A stretch of 64,000 nt of DNA from a bacterium (lineage in GTDB: Bacteria; UBA8248): the NCBI GenBank assembly GCA_965207065.1, contig OZ242260.1:288001-352000 (forward strand), written 5' to 3'. The notes beneath the pieces are model-generated. The model searched no databases. It was not told the origin of the DNA and saw only the letters and a list, made by a program, of their open reading frames with translations. The position numbers and the translations under genes were made by a program. Below are positions 28,343 through 38,430 of this stretch, in pieces. The first letter of the stretch is position 1. The number at the start of each line of letters is the position of its first letter.

Positions 28343-29665
28343 TCAGTTTCCACGCACCCCGTCCCCATCGAAGGGATTGTGGATACATATCGTATCATCA
28401 CGGCTCGGCCCCGTGGATATCAGCCATACCGGCCTGTCGGTCAACTCCTCGAGACCCTTGATGTAATCCTTCGCCCTGGAGGGCAGGGCGTCAAAATCCC
28501 TCATCCCCCCGGTGGTGGACATCCAGCCGGGAAATTCCGTATATACGGGCTTGCATTGTTCCAGAATCGAGGTCTCCGCCGGGAAGATCGTGACGCGCTC
28601 GCCCTCGTATTCATAGCCCACGCAAACCCGAATCGTCTCCTGATTATCGAGCACATCGAGCTTCGTCACCGCTATCGCGTCCATCCCGGCCACCTGGATG
28701 CAGTGGCGGGCCGCCACGGCGTCGAACCACCCGCACCGCCTGGGCCTGCCCGTCGTGGCGCCGAACTCACCACCCTCCTCACGCAGCTTCCCCGCTTCCA
28801 CATCTCCCATTTCGGAGGGAAACGGGCCTTGCCCCACCCGCGTGCAATACGCTTTCATGATCCCGAACACCGTGTTCAGCCGCCTGTAGGGCAGTCCCAG
28901 CCCGCTCATCGCCCCGCCCACGCCGGTGTTGCTCGACGTCACATAGGGATACGTGCCCATATCCAGGTCGAGGAGGATTCCCTGCGCGCCCTCGAGCAGG
29001 ATTTTCTTGTTCCCGTTCAACGCGTCGTTGATCTCCGCATCCGTGTTCCGCACATGGGGGCTCAGCTTTTTCCGCACCTGGGAGCACACGTCCAGGATAT
29101 GTGCCTCATCGAGTGCCTTCGTTTCCTCCTCATTCAGGTCGATACCGCCCAGAAGCCGCTTCTTGATGGCCAGGCTGACGCGGATGCGATCCCTCAGAAT
29201 CTTCTCATCGAACAGATCCGAAATCCGCACACCCAGCCTCGCCGCCTTGTCGGAGTAGGCCGGTCCGATGCCCCGGCCCGTCGTTCCGATGCGGTTGACG
29301 CCCAGGAGCTCTTCCATGTGGGAATCGAGAACCTTGTGGTAGGGCATGATGAGGTGCGCGCGCTTGCCGAGAACGAGATTCTCCCCGATCTCGATACCCA
29401 CGGAGCGGAGGTATTCAATCTCCTCCACCAGACCCAGCGGGTCCACCACCACGCCGGAGCCGATGATGCACTTGACCCTTGCGTGCAATATCCCGGTCGG
29501 TATCAGGTGGAGAATGTATTGATTCCCCTCGACGACCACGGTATGCCCCGCGTTCGCTCCGCCCTGGTAGCGGGCCACTACGTCCGCCTGACTCGCCAGC
29601 CAGTCGATGACTTTTCCTTTACCTTCATCACCCCACTGACCACCCAGAATCGCTAAAACGCTCAT
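28343..29665 (-). CDS. purA: Adenylosuccinate synthetase
   Basis: QWGDEGKGK, GGANAGHT, GTTGRGIGP, EGAQG, TTGRPRRCGW. Confidence 0.97.
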   Translation of the reverse strand: MSVLAILGGQWGDEGKGKVIDWLASQADVVARYQGGANAGHTVVVEGNQYILHLIPTGILHARVKCIIGSGVVVDPLGLVEEIEYLRSVGIEIGENLVLGKRAHLIMPYHKVLDSHMEELLGVNRIGTTGRGIGPAYSDKAARLGVRISDLFDEKILRDRIRVSLAIKKRLLGGIDLNEEETKALDEAHILDVCSQVRKKLSPHVRNTDAEINDALNGNKKILLEGAQGILLDLDMGTYPYVTSSNTGVGGAMSGLGLPYRRLNTVFGIMKAYCTRVGQGPFPSEMGDVEAGKLREEGGEFGATTGRPRRCGWFDAVAARHCIQVAGMDAIAVTKLDVLDNQETIRVCVGYEYEGERVTIFPAETSILEQCKPVYTEFPGWMSTTGGMRDFDALPSRAKDYIKGLEELTDRPVWLISTGPSRDDTICIHNPFDGDGVRGN

Positions 29666-30951
29666 CGGCTCTCATCCCTTCCGCCCATCCGGGCGAGAAT
29701 TTCCTCAATCGGGTATGCGCCCAAATCTTCCCCATCCGGCTCGAGGAGCCTGGCGCGGCCTCCCCTCTTTCCGCCGCGCTCGATGACGAGGCATTTCGAC
29801 ACGCCCGTCTCCCGCGCGTATTCCAGCGAGCCCGCGATGTCGCGGCGAATAATATCGCGCGCCACCCGCCAGCCCCGCGCCCTGAGTTTTCGGGAAAGAA
29901 CAATGCCCGAGCGCTTCTCTCGCGTGAGGTCGATGACGAGGAAATCCGTTCCGTTTCTATTCTCCGCCCCTTGCGTCACGAGTGGAAGCATCTGATTCAG
30001 ATCGACGGCGAAGCCTGTGCCGAGCGCGTCGCCGCCGTATAATCCCAGGAGCTTGTCGTAGCGGCCTCCACCGCATACGGGATATCCCGAACCTTCTACG
30101 AACCCCTCGAATATCACCCCCGTATAGTAGTCAAAATCCTTAAAATCGCACAAATCGAAGATGATGCGCTCAGAGAGGCCATACAACTCCAGTATCCGGA
30201 ATACTTTCAGCAGTTCCCGAACAGCGCCCCTGGCCGCCGGTGTTCTTGTCTTCTCCTCCACGTCTTGGAGCACTTCGACTCCGCCGAAACACTCCGGAAC
30301 CCGCTCGAGCAGTCCGGCGTCCGTCTTTTCGCGCGGCACTCCCTTGAGGAGGCTCGCCACGCCCGAGGAATCTCGGCGCCCAATCGCTTCGAGCAACTCG
30401 GCCCTTTGCGCGCCTTCCAGACCCAGGGCGTTCAGAATCCCGAGCAGGAATGCGCCATGACTCAAGGACATGCGGAAATTTTCCACCCCGTTCGCCTGCA
30501 GGCACTCCACGGCGATGGCTATCATCTCGGCGTCGGCTTCCAGAGAGACCAGGCCGATCAGCTCCACGCCCGCCTGCCAGAATTCACGCTGCAATTCCCC
30601 CGCTACGTGGGCGTAGCGAAAGACGTTCGCCGCATAGGAGAGGCGCAGAGGCCTGGGATGAGCGGCCAGAATCGTTCCGGCCGCTCTTGCGATCTGCGGC
30701 GTCATGTCCGCCCGGAGGGCCAGCAGTCCGCCGCTTTCCAGATCCACCATCCGGTAGGTCTGCGCTTCGAGAATCTCGGACCCCGCCCGGGGAACATAGA
30801 ACTCGAAGGCGGGCGTGAGGAGTTCCCGGAACCCCCACTGCTCGAATACGCCGAGCAGGCTCTCCTCCACCTCCCTCTTGTGTTTCGCTTCACCCGGCAG
30901 GAAAACGCGCGAACCACCCGGAATGGCCCGCGGGGAGGTTATCTGTCTCAT
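29662..30951 (-). CDS. hisZ: ATP phosphoribosyltransferase regulatory subunit
   Basis: LRADMTPQIAR, REFWQAGVELIG, YYTGVIF, GGGRYD; coupled to purA. Confidence 0.9.
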   Translation of the reverse strand: MRQITSPRAIPGGSRVFLPGEAKHKREVEESLLGVFEQWGFRELLTPAFEFYVPRAGSEILEAQTYRMVDLESGGLLALRADMTPQIARAAGTILAAHPRPLRLSYAANVFRYAHVAGELQREFWQAGVELIGLVSLEADAEMIAIAVECLQANGVENFRMSLSHGAFLLGILNALGLEGAQRAELLEAIGRRDSSGVASLLKGVPREKTDAGLLERVPECFGGVEVLQDVEEKTRTPAARGAVRELLKVFRILELYGLSERIIFDLCDFKDFDYYTGVIFEGFVEGSGYPVCGGGRYDKLLGLYGGDALGTGFAVDLNQMLPLVTQGAENRNGTDFLVIDLTREKRSGIVLSRKLRARGWRVARDIIRRDIAGSLEYARETGVSKCLVIERGGKRGGRARLLEPDGEDLGAYPIEEILARMGGRDESR

Positions 30952-32552
30952 GAAAAGCCCAACCTGACGAGGCAGGCGTCATAGACGTGGGGAATGGCGC
31001 GAACCTCTTCCATGACGGGTTCGGGCACCGGATCGTCGAGTATCAGGACGGCGACGGCCATGTCATGCTGCCACACGCGCCCCAGCTGCATGCCGGCGAT
31101 GTTGATGTTGTGATTCCCCAGCAGGGTGCCCATCTTTCCGATCATCCCGGGCCGGTCTTCGTTCCGGAATATGAGAAGATAGCCGCGTAACGCCACGTCG
31201 ACCGAATAGTCGTCTATCCGAACGATTCTGGGATCGTTCTTGCGGAGAAAAGTCCCCGCCACGGATCGCTCGCCCGAGTCGGTCTTCACGCGAAGCTCAA
31301 TCAGGTCCGTATAGAGGAGATTCTCCGTGCGAGTCGTCGTCCTCACATCGATGCCGCGCTCTTTCGCGAGCAGGAGGCCGTTCACCATATTCACGCGGAC
31401 GCTGGAGAGGAACCGGCCCAGCATCCCCTTGATGGCGGAGGCGGCCAGCGCCTTCATGGGTATGTCCACGGAGCCGCCATATACCACTTCGAGCGTCTGC
31501 AATCCCCCGCCCGCGAGCTGGGCCAGAAAATCTCCCAGGCGATCGGCCAGATCCAGATGGGGGCCGATTTGCTCGAGCACCTCGGGACTCAGGGAGGGCA
31601 GGTTCACCGCGTGGCCGACCACCCCTTCGGTCAGATACGCCACAACCTGTTTCGCCACGCTGATCGCCACGTTCTCCTGCGCCTCGGCGGTCGAGGCGCC
31701 CAGATGCGGCGTGCAGACGACGTCGTCTCGCCCGATGAGCGGGTCGTTCGGGTCGGGTGGCTCCTGTTGATACACGTCCACCGCCGCGCCCCCGACCTTT
31801 CCGCTGTCGAGCGCCTCGGCCAGCGCCTCCTCGTTGATGAGCCCCCCGCGCGCGCAGTTGATGATGCGAACGCCGTCTCGCATCAGGGCGATTTCCGCAG
31901 GGCCGATCAGGTTTCCCGTCTCGGTGTTCTTGGGCACATGCAGGGTGATGTAGTCGGACTTGGCCAGAAGCTCCTCGAAGTCCACCGGACTCACCCCGCG
32001 CTGGGAGAGCACTTCGGCGGAGATGTAGGGATCGTAGGCGAGTACGTTCATGCCCAGACTGCGGGCGAACGTCGCCGTCTGTGAACCCACGCGCCCCATC
32101 CCCACGACGCCCAGGGTTTTGGAAGATAGCTCGCTGCCCACAAAGCGGCTGCGCTCCCACTTCCCGCCCTTGAGGGAGGAGACAGCCGAGGGAATCTTGC
32201 GCGCCAGCGAGAACATCATGGCGATGGTGTGCTCCGCCGTGGTGATGACGTTGCCGTCGGGCGCGTTCGCCACCAGAATGCCGCGCATGCTGGCGGCCTC
32301 GAGGTCCACGTTGTCCACCCCGATGCCCGCGCGCGCGACCACCTTGAGCGTCTCGCCAGTACCCAGAAGCTCATCATCCACCTGCGTGCCGCTCCGGACG
32401 ATGAGCGCATCGGCGGTTTTGACGGCTTCGAGTATTTCCTCCCGCGAGGAGGAGGTGTAGTCGAGGACTTCAAAGCCCTCTTGGTCCTCAAGTATCTCAT
32501 GCGCCCTCGGCGAGAGCGGCTCGGCAATCAATACGCGAAACGTCTGGTTCAT
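30948..32552 (-). CDS. serA: D-3-phosphoglycerate dehydrogenase (ASB and ACT domains)
   Basis: RAGIGVDNVD, GMGRVG, INCARGG, TPHLGAST, DRPGMIG..NINIA. Confidence 0.95.
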   Translation of the reverse strand: MNQTFRVLIAEPLSPRAHEILEDQEGFEVLDYTSSSREEILEAVKTADALIVRSGTQVDDELLGTGETLKVVARAGIGVDNVDLEAASMRGILVANAPDGNVITTAEHTIAMMFSLARKIPSAVSSLKGGKWERSRFVGSELSSKTLGVVGMGRVGSQTATFARSLGMNVLAYDPYISAEVLSQRGVSPVDFEELLAKSDYITLHVPKNTETGNLIGPAEIALMRDGVRIINCARGGLINEEALAEALDSGKVGGAAVDVYQQEPPDPNDPLIGRDDVVCTPHLGASTAEAQENVAISVAKQVVAYLTEGVVGHAVNLPSLSPEVLEQIGPHLDLADRLGDFLAQLAGGGLQTLEVVYGGSVDIPMKALAASAIKGMLGRFLSSVRVNMVNGLLLAKERGIDVRTTTRTENLLYTDLIELRVKTDSGERSVAGTFLRKNDPRIVRIDDYSVDVALRGYLLIFRNEDRPGMIGKMGTLLGNHNINIAGMQLGRVWQHDMAVAVLILDDPVPEPVMEEVRAIPHVYDACLVRLGFS

Positions 32553-33688
32553 TGGTTGAACACCTCTTGCGCTGCGGTGAGGCCGCGCCCTCTATCCAGT
32601 GAATAGCCCAGATCGGCCAGGGTCGACTCCAGCGCGCCGACCGCGGCCAGCACGTCGGAGGAATCCACGTAACCCAGGTGACCGATACGGAAAATTCTGC
32701 CGCTCAGGACATCCTGACCGCCGGCGATGGTCACCCCGTGCGCATCCTGCATCCTCAGGGGAATCGCCTTCCCGTCCACTCCCTCCGGCACGCAAACGGC
32801 GGTGAGGGACTCGCTCTTCAAGTCCCGTGGGAATATGGTCATCCCCAATGCCTCGACGGCCGCCCCCGTCGCCCGCGCCAGCAGCGCATGCCGCGCGAAG
32901 ACGTTCTCCAGCCCCTCCTCGCGCATCATGTCGAGCGCGACCGCCAGACCCGCCAGAAGCGAGATCGCAGGGGTCCAGGCGGTGGTGTTCTTCATCTGGC
33001 TCTTTCGCTCGATTTCGAGGTCGAAGTAATACTTCGGCGAGGTCGATTCCGAAGCGGCGCGCCAAGCCCGCTCGCTCAGCCAGACGAAGGCCAGCCCCGG
33101 CGGGAGCATGAGCGCCTTCTGGCTCCCCGTGATCACGGCGTCCAGGTCCCAATCCTCGGTCTTGAGATCGTACACGCCAAGAGCCGTGATGGCGTCCACC
33201 ACCACAAGCGTATCGGGCGATCGCTCGCGCACCACTCTCGCGACGGCCTGCGTGTCGTGCTTGGCGCCCGTGGAGGTCTCGCTCGCCTGCATCAGCAGGG
33301 CCTTGTGCCCTCCCCGCTCGAGGCGCGCCTCCAGAACATTCAGATCGACCGAACGGCCCCATTCCACCTCCAGGACGTCCGCCTCGACCCCGTACGCCGC
33401 GCAAAGCTCCGTCCAGCGCTCGCCGAACTTGCCGCCCTCGATCACGAGCGCGGAATCGCCCGGCGAGAGAAGGTTCGCCACCGCCGCCTCCATGCCGCCC
33501 GTACCCGAAGCGGCGAGGGTGATGACGTCGCCGCTCGTCTGGAAGAGCCATTCGAGGCCGCGCCGCGCCCCTTCGAAGTGCGCCTCGAACTCCCGTGTCC
33601 GGTGGTGAATCAGGGGCCGCGCCATCGCTTCGAGCACCCGGTGGGGAACCGGCGTGGGACCGGGGGCCATGAGGTGGTGCTTGTTCAT
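32549..33688 (-). CDS. Alanine-glyoxylate/serine-pyruvate family PLP aminotransferase
   Basis: PGPTP, SGTGGMEAA, ETSTG, DAIT, GSQKALMLPPG, FRIGHLG. Confidence 0.9.
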   Translation of the reverse strand: MNKHHLMAPGPTPVPHRVLEAMARPLIHHRTREFEAHFEGARRGLEWLFQTSGDVITLAASGTGGMEAAVANLLSPGDSALVIEGGKFGERWTELCAAYGVEADVLEVEWGRSVDLNVLEARLERGGHKALLMQASETSTGAKHDTQAVARVVRERSPDTLVVVDAITALGVYDLKTEDWDLDAVITGSQKALMLPPGLAFVWLSERAWRAASESTSPKYYFDLEIERKSQMKNTTAWTPAISLLAGLAVALDMMREEGLENVFARHALLARATGAAVEALGMTIFPRDLKSESLTAVCVPEGVDGKAIPLRMQDAHGVTIAGGQDVLSGRIFRIGHLGYVDSSDVLAAVGALESTLADLGYSLDRGRGLTAAQEVFNQ

Positions 33689-33892
33689 TTCTCGCTCTTT
33701 CCCAAATGTGTGTCGTTTCGGACGGACGCGCGGCTACGCCCCAAGGATATACCATCCCCCGCCAAACCCCTCAAGCGATATCGTCTGGAAAGCGGGGCTA
33801 TGCGTAAAGGAACGAGCGCAAGAAACGGATAAACGCGCCTCTTTTCGTGAATATTTATAAGGCTGTTCGTGAACGTCCTTGCCACAGGAAGC

Positions 33893-34023
33893 GGGCGCTT
33901 CACGACGCGCCCCTATGGGAGAATCGTCGTAGGGGCAAGGCCCCTGTGCCTGCCCGGCCCTGCGTCTTTCCTACGAGGGACAACCACGGGGGGCAAGACA
34001 ACCCAGAAAGGTTGTCCTGCTAC
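33893..34023. repeat. Degenerate GTAG-type REP cluster
   Basis: GGGCGCTTCACGACGCGCCCCTAT, GTAGGGGCAAGGCCCCTGTGCCTGCCC (33929), GACAACCCAGAAAGGTTGTCCTGCTAC. Confidence 0.6.
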
Positions 34024-34049
34024 AAAACCACCACAACATATCCACACAC

Positions 34050-34104
34050 AAAAAAACCGGGGGGCCGAAGCCCCCCGGTCGTCGTCGCGTCAGGTAAGGA
34101 CGCG
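34050..34104 (-). terminator. Intrinsic terminator of porin A
   Basis: ACCGGGGGG-CTTCGG-CCCCCCGGT followed by a U tract on the minus strand, preceded by a CGCGTC/GACGCG hairpin. Confidence 0.9.
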
Positions 34105-34120
34105 TACGTCCTTCGTGCTG

Positions 34121-35338
34121 CTAGAAGATGTGGCGCAGCGTCCAGCCGACCGCCCAGCCGTCTTCCGCTTCAGGACCATCGACCGCTCTGCCGTAATCGC
34201 CGCGCAGAATAACGGCGCCCACACCGCGAAGCTCGAGATTCGAGTGGATCTTCCACTTGAAGCCGGCGTTGAGCTCGGTGCCGTATTCCTTCGCGTCCAT
34301 CGTGTCCGCCGCGAGGGAAGGTTCGGCGGAATTGTAAAGGGATACGCCGCCACCCAGCGTCAAGGTCTTGCTGACTTTGAAATCGGCCAGCCCCTCGATC
34401 ACGGTCGCGCCGTTCAAGCTGCGCAGATGCACGCTTCTGATGTTATTGCCCAGAGTCGTCCAGCGGCGCGAAGTCATGATGTGGCCGCCCACGAACCAGC
34501 CGGAGCCACCTTCCTGTGGCGTATTGAAGCGGCCGTCTTCGTTGGCTTTGGTGCCGTCATTGCCGGAGAGCATGGTGAGGTTGCCGCTCAGCTTCAGCTT
34601 GCCGAGACTCGCGGAAGTCCTCAGCAGGACCGCCCAACCAGAGAGTTCTGCGCCGCTTGAGAGGTCACCCTCCTGGATGACGACAGAACCGTTCACGTTG
34701 AGGATGCCCACCTTGGTCTTGGCGTTCAAACCGAGGAAGCTGTAGTCATAGCCGCCGGCCGCTGCGTCTCTCGAGTTGGCCACCCACGGCGAAACCGTGA
34801 GAGTGGGGGACAATTTAAAGCTCAGGCTGGCGTAATAATCCTTCGCATCGTCGTTTTCTGGGCCGGCGTCTTCATTCGCGCTGGTCATGAATGCGCTCAG
34901 CGAGATGTTCTTGCTCAGCTTGCCGTAGAGCGCAATGCCAGGCTCACGATGACGGCCGCTGCTGTCGTAAATTTCCTTGTCCGGAGAGAAGTAGTCCGTC
35001 CGGCCCATGCGGATGCGGAGCGCGCTGCCCGGAACCGCGAAGTCGAGCACCCAGCGGTTGACGCCGACGGTCTGCCGGCCGGGGCCGATTGCGAAGCCAC
35101 CGTTCGCGCTTACGAACTCGGGCTCCCACACGGCCGTAACGGCGCCGTTCTTCGCCGTGAAGCGCGGACGAATGAGCGCGTCCAGGTATCTATCCTTGTC
35201 TCCATCGTCTCCTTCAACGGCTTCACTGGAGCCACGCACCCGGTAGAAGCCGCTGAACTTCAGATCGGCAGCGTACGTGGGCGCAGTAAATGATACGACG
35301 AGCGCCAGCGCAAATAGAGCTAACAGAATTTTCCTCAT
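34121..35338 (-). CDS. Outer-membrane porin-like beta-barrel (porin A)
   Basis: Signal peptide ..AAD, amphipathic beta strands, terminal LRHIF, GAGGAG RBS. Confidence 0.8.
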   Translation of the reverse strand: MRKILLALFALALVVSFTAPTYAADLKFSGFYRVRGSSEAVEGDDGDKDRYLDALIRPRFTAKNGAVTAVWEPEFVSANGGFAIGPGRQTVGVNRWVLDFAVPGSALRIRMGRTDYFSPDKEIYDSSGRHREPGIALYGKLSKNISLSAFMTSANEDAGPENDDAKDYYASLSFKLSPTLTVSPWVANSRDAAAGGYDYSFLGLNAKTKVGILNVNGSVVIQEGDLSSGAELSGWAVLLRTSASLGKLKLSGNLTMLSGNDGTKANEDGRFNTPQEGGSGWFVGGHIMTSRRWTTLGNNIRSVHLRSLNGATVIEGLADFKVSKTLTLGGGVSLYNSAEPSLAADTMDAKEYGTELNAGFKWKIHSNLELRGVGAVILRGDYGRAVDGPEAEDGWAVGWTLRHIF

Positions 35339-35405
35339 GTGTATTTCTCCTCATCGAGGTTTCAAAAAAATGTTGCCGCCTTCCTTCGATTTAATGTCTT
35401 GGTTG

Positions 35406-35462
35406 TTAAATGCTTCTGCATCTGTGCTTCGTCGTCTGCAACAGGGCTTCCCGTTCTCGCAT
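35406..35462 (-). CDS. Putative leader peptide MREREALLQTTKHRCRSI
   Basis: GGAGAGGGGGTG SD-like sequence before ATG; homologous to the uORF at 38527. Confidence 0.5.
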   Translation of the reverse strand: MREREALLQTTKHRCRSI

Positions 35463-35554
35463 CACCCCCTCTCCTCAATGCTGCCCCGTACGTCGACAAG
35501 TTTCTATCGAGCGATCTGATTATTGCCGCTTATATAGACACTATCCCGCTAAAG

Positions 35555-35584
35555 AAAATAGTCATTCCATTCCCCATTTCTCAA
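35555..35584 (-). promoter_or_regulatory. Putative porin A promoter
   Basis: Minus strand TTGAGA, 18 nt, TATTTT, at the position homologous to the porin B promoter. Confidence 0.45.
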
Positions 35585-35869
35585 AGAATAGAGATGATAT
35601 GATTTAAAAGCTAAAACGCCGACAATCATGCGCATGGATGCGCTCATATAATATAAATATATGTTTTTAATTGATTTATAATTACATTTTCTTCCGCGTT
35701 GCCCCTTGCGCCATCGCCAGATTTGTGCTGGAATGCGCTCTCAGTTGATGCAGGACGTATGCGTTTTGATGACGTATTTTGACGGGAGCGCCGCGCCGGA
35801 GCATGCGGATGGGCGTTCCCGCAGACCGCCGCAGGCATGCGGTTTGATGACACACCGGAGGGAGGAACC

Positions 35870-37054
35870 ATGCCGAGGAGAAGCGAATTCAGGCTCACCA
35901 AGCGCGCCGTAGACGCGCTCGAAACCGAACGCCGCGACGCCCTGTTCTGGGACCGGGATCTGGCCGGATTCGGGGTGCGCGTCCATGCCACGGGACGGAA
36001 GGCTTTTGTCGCGCAATCGAGAGGCCCCGGGGGGATAAAACGCGTGACCCTGGGCCGTGACGGGGAGATGTCGTGCGAGGAGGCGAGGAGGCAGGCCGCC
36101 ATCGTCATCGACCGCATTAAAAGCGGCGAGGACCCGGTCCCGAAGCCGCCTGCGGCGGAGCCGACAGTGGCCGTGCTCGCCGAGCGCTTCATGCGCACTT
36201 ACGTGGAGAGACGCCTCAAGCCGGGCAGCGTCGTGGAGTACCGCACCATGCTGGACAAATATATCCTGCCGGCCCTGGGGGGGATGGCGCTGTCCGGGGT
36301 CAGGCGGGCGCAAATCTCCGCGTTTCATCACGGCATGCGCGGCATGCCGAGCCGGGCGAACACGTCGCTCCACGTCCTCTCCCGGATGTTCAGCCTGGCC
36401 GAGGCGTGGGACCTCGTCCCGCCCGGACGGAATCCGTGCAGGGGAGTGCCGCTATACAGAACGCGCTCGCGCGAGCGGTTCCTGACGACGGAGGAATACC
36501 GCCGCCTGGGCCGGACGTTAAAAGAGGCCGAGGCGGACGGCTCGATCTGGCCGCCCGCGATCAAGGCGATCCGGCTGCTCATGCTGACCGGATGCCGGAG
36601 GAACGAGATACTGAACCTTAAGTGGGACGATGTGGACCGCACGGCGGGCGTTCTGAGGCTGAAGGACGCCAAGGCGGGCCCCCGCATGGTTCCCCTGACG
36701 AATCCCGTGCGCAGGGTTCTCGAGACGCTGCCCCGGAAGCGGGGCGAGCCGTGGGTGATCCTCGGGCAAAAACCGGGCCGGAACCTGCAGAGCCTCTATT
36801 ACTACTGGCGGCCCATACGGGAGCGGGCGGGTCTCTCCGACGTGCGGATCCATGACCTTCGCCACTCGTTCGCTTCGCGTGCGCTGGCGCTGGGCGAGAG
36901 CCTCTACACGATCGGCAAGCTGTTGGGACACGCGACGGTGCCGACGACGGCGCGCTACACGCATCTGATGCTCCGGGCCGAGAAGGATGCGGCCTCCCGT
37001 GTGGGGGGAAGCATCGGCGTTCACCTGACGAACGAGAAGGAGGAACTTGAATGA
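35870..37054 (+). CDS. Tyrosine recombinase/integrase 1 with N-terminal arm-binding (DUF4102-like) domain
   Basis: GGAGG RBS; WDRDLAGFGVRV; TGCRRNE, DAKAG, HDLRHSFAS, LGH, TARY. Confidence 0.92.
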   Translation: MPRRSEFRLTKRAVDALETERRDALFWDRDLAGFGVRVHATGRKAFVAQSRGPGGIKRVTLGRDGEMSCEEARRQAAIVIDRIKSGEDPVPKPPAAEPTVAVLAERFMRTYVERRLKPGSVVEYRTMLDKYILPALGGMALSGVRRAQISAFHHGMRGMPSRANTSLHVLSRMFSLAEAWDLVPPGRNPCRGVPLYRTRSRERFLTTEEYRRLGRTLKEAEADGSIWPPAIKAIRLLMLTGCRRNEILNLKWDDVDRTAGVLRLKDAKAGPRMVPLTNPVRRVLETLPRKRGEPWVILGQKPGRNLQSLYYYWRPIRERAGLSDVRIHDLRHSFASRALALGESLYTIGKLLGHATVPTTARYTHLMLRAEKDAASRVGGSIGVHLTNEKEELE

Positions 37055-38220
37055 AGAAGCCGGGCACGATGGTGCTGTCGAGCCGGATGGTGGAGAAGTT
37101 TGTCGTGGAAAAAGACACGGTGTACTGGGATAGTTACGTCACCGGCTTCGGCGTCAGGGTGTATCCGAGCGGGAGCAAGGTCTACATCGCCCAGGCGCGG
37201 GGGCCCGGGGGGCCGAAGCGCGTGACGATAGGCCGCCACGGGGTGATCAACGCGGATGAGGCGAGGAGGCGCGCGGCGCTCGTCGTCAATCGCATCAAGT
37301 CGGGCGAGGAAGCGGTTCCGAAACCGATGAAGCCCGTGGCCGGTCCCACGGTGGCCGAAGCCGCCGCGCGGTATCTCGCCGAGTACGTGGAGGTGCGCTG
37401 TAAGCCGCACACCGCCGCCATGACCCGGTCTCTGCTCGGAAGGCGCATCCTGCCCGCCCTGGGCGGGACGCCGCTCGTGGTGGTGGAGCGCGCGCAGGTG
37501 GCGGAACTGCACCAGAGCATGCACGAGACGCCCCCGACGGCGAACAGGACAGTCGGCATCCTCTCCGCGCTATACCGGTATGCCGAGAGGTGGGGCCTCA
37601 TTCCCGAGGGAGCGCCGAACCCTTGCCGCGCCGTCGTCAAATTCCCCAAGCGGCAGGGGGAGCGTTTTTTGACGGATGAGGAGTTCATCCGCCTGGGACG
37701 CACGCTCGACGAGGTGGAGAGCGGTAAGCCGAAGTGCGCGAACGCGGTGGCGGCGATCAGGCTTCTGGCCCTGACGGGTTGCCGGAAGAGCGAGATACTC
37801 ACCCTGCGCTGGGAGAACGTGGCGCTGGAAGAAGGTGAATTGAGACTGCCCGATTCCAAGACGGGCGCCCGCGTGGTCTCGCTCCCGCCGCAGGCGGTCG
37901 CGCTCCTGGCCGCCCTTCCCCGGGAGGAGGGGAATCCCTGGGTAATTCGCGGCAGGAAGCCTGGCGTGCGCCTGAGGAACATCTACGGCGTCTGGTACTC
38001 CGTCCGCGCTCGGGCGGATCTCGATGACGTGCGGCTCCACGATCTCCGCCATTCGTTCGCGTCGCGGGCGCTCGCGCTGGGCGAGAGTCTTCCGATGATC
38101 GGCAGGCTCCTGGGGCACAGCCGGATCGAGACCACGGCGCGCTACGCGCACCTCGCGCGCGATACCGCCCACGAGGCGGCCGAGCGGGTTGCGGCGAGCA
38201 TCGAGAAAGACATACTATGA
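37051..38220 (+). CDS. Tyrosine recombinase/integrase 2, paralog of integrase 1
   Basis: 4-bp overlap with int1; TGCRKSE, DSKTG, HDLRHSFAS, LGH, TARY. Confidence 0.92.
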   Translation: MKKPGTMVLSSRMVEKFVVEKDTVYWDSYVTGFGVRVYPSGSKVYIAQARGPGGPKRVTIGRHGVINADEARRRAALVVNRIKSGEEAVPKPMKPVAGPTVAEAAARYLAEYVEVRCKPHTAAMTRSLLGRRILPALGGTPLVVVERAQVAELHQSMHETPPTANRTVGILSALYRYAERWGLIPEGAPNPCRAVVKFPKRQGERFLTDEEFIRLGRTLDEVESGKPKCANAVAAIRLLALTGCRKSEILTLRWENVALEEGELRLPDSKTGARVVSLPPQAVALLAALPREEGNPWVIRGRKPGVRLRNIYGVWYSVRARADLDDVRLHDLRHSFASRALALGESLPMIGRLLGHSRIETTARYAHLARDTAHEAAERVAASIEKDIL

Positions 38221-38400
38221 GAGGCAATCGACGGGGTGGACGAAAAAGAATTGATTTGCCTGACCGGATTCGTGGCTCGTTTTTTGGAAAATTTCTGGAT
38301 TCGGGGTTTGACAAATCAGGGTATCTTCGCTAATGCTATTGATATGGGGAATAGGACGACTGATTCCGAAAATTTTTTGCGAATTCACATGGGAAGTTTG

Positions 38401-38430
38401 TTGACAAAACATGAATTTTCCGTCTATTCT
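38401..38430 (+). promoter_or_regulatory. Sigma70-like promoter of porin B
   Basis: TTGACA, 18 nt, TATTCT; a second TTGACA lies at 38308. Confidence 0.65.

Noticed and set aside
34038-34050. DnaA boxes after both porin terminators (also 40013-40021)
   Set aside because: Single boxes, each with a mismatch, and no oriC context
35641-35668. True chromosomal dif site
   Set aside because: The XerD arm (TTATGTTAAAT) matches poorly and the spacing is off; kept only as a generic core-site candidate
35870-38220. Integron or prophage
   Set aside because: No IntI-specific insertion or attC array seen, and no phage structural genes
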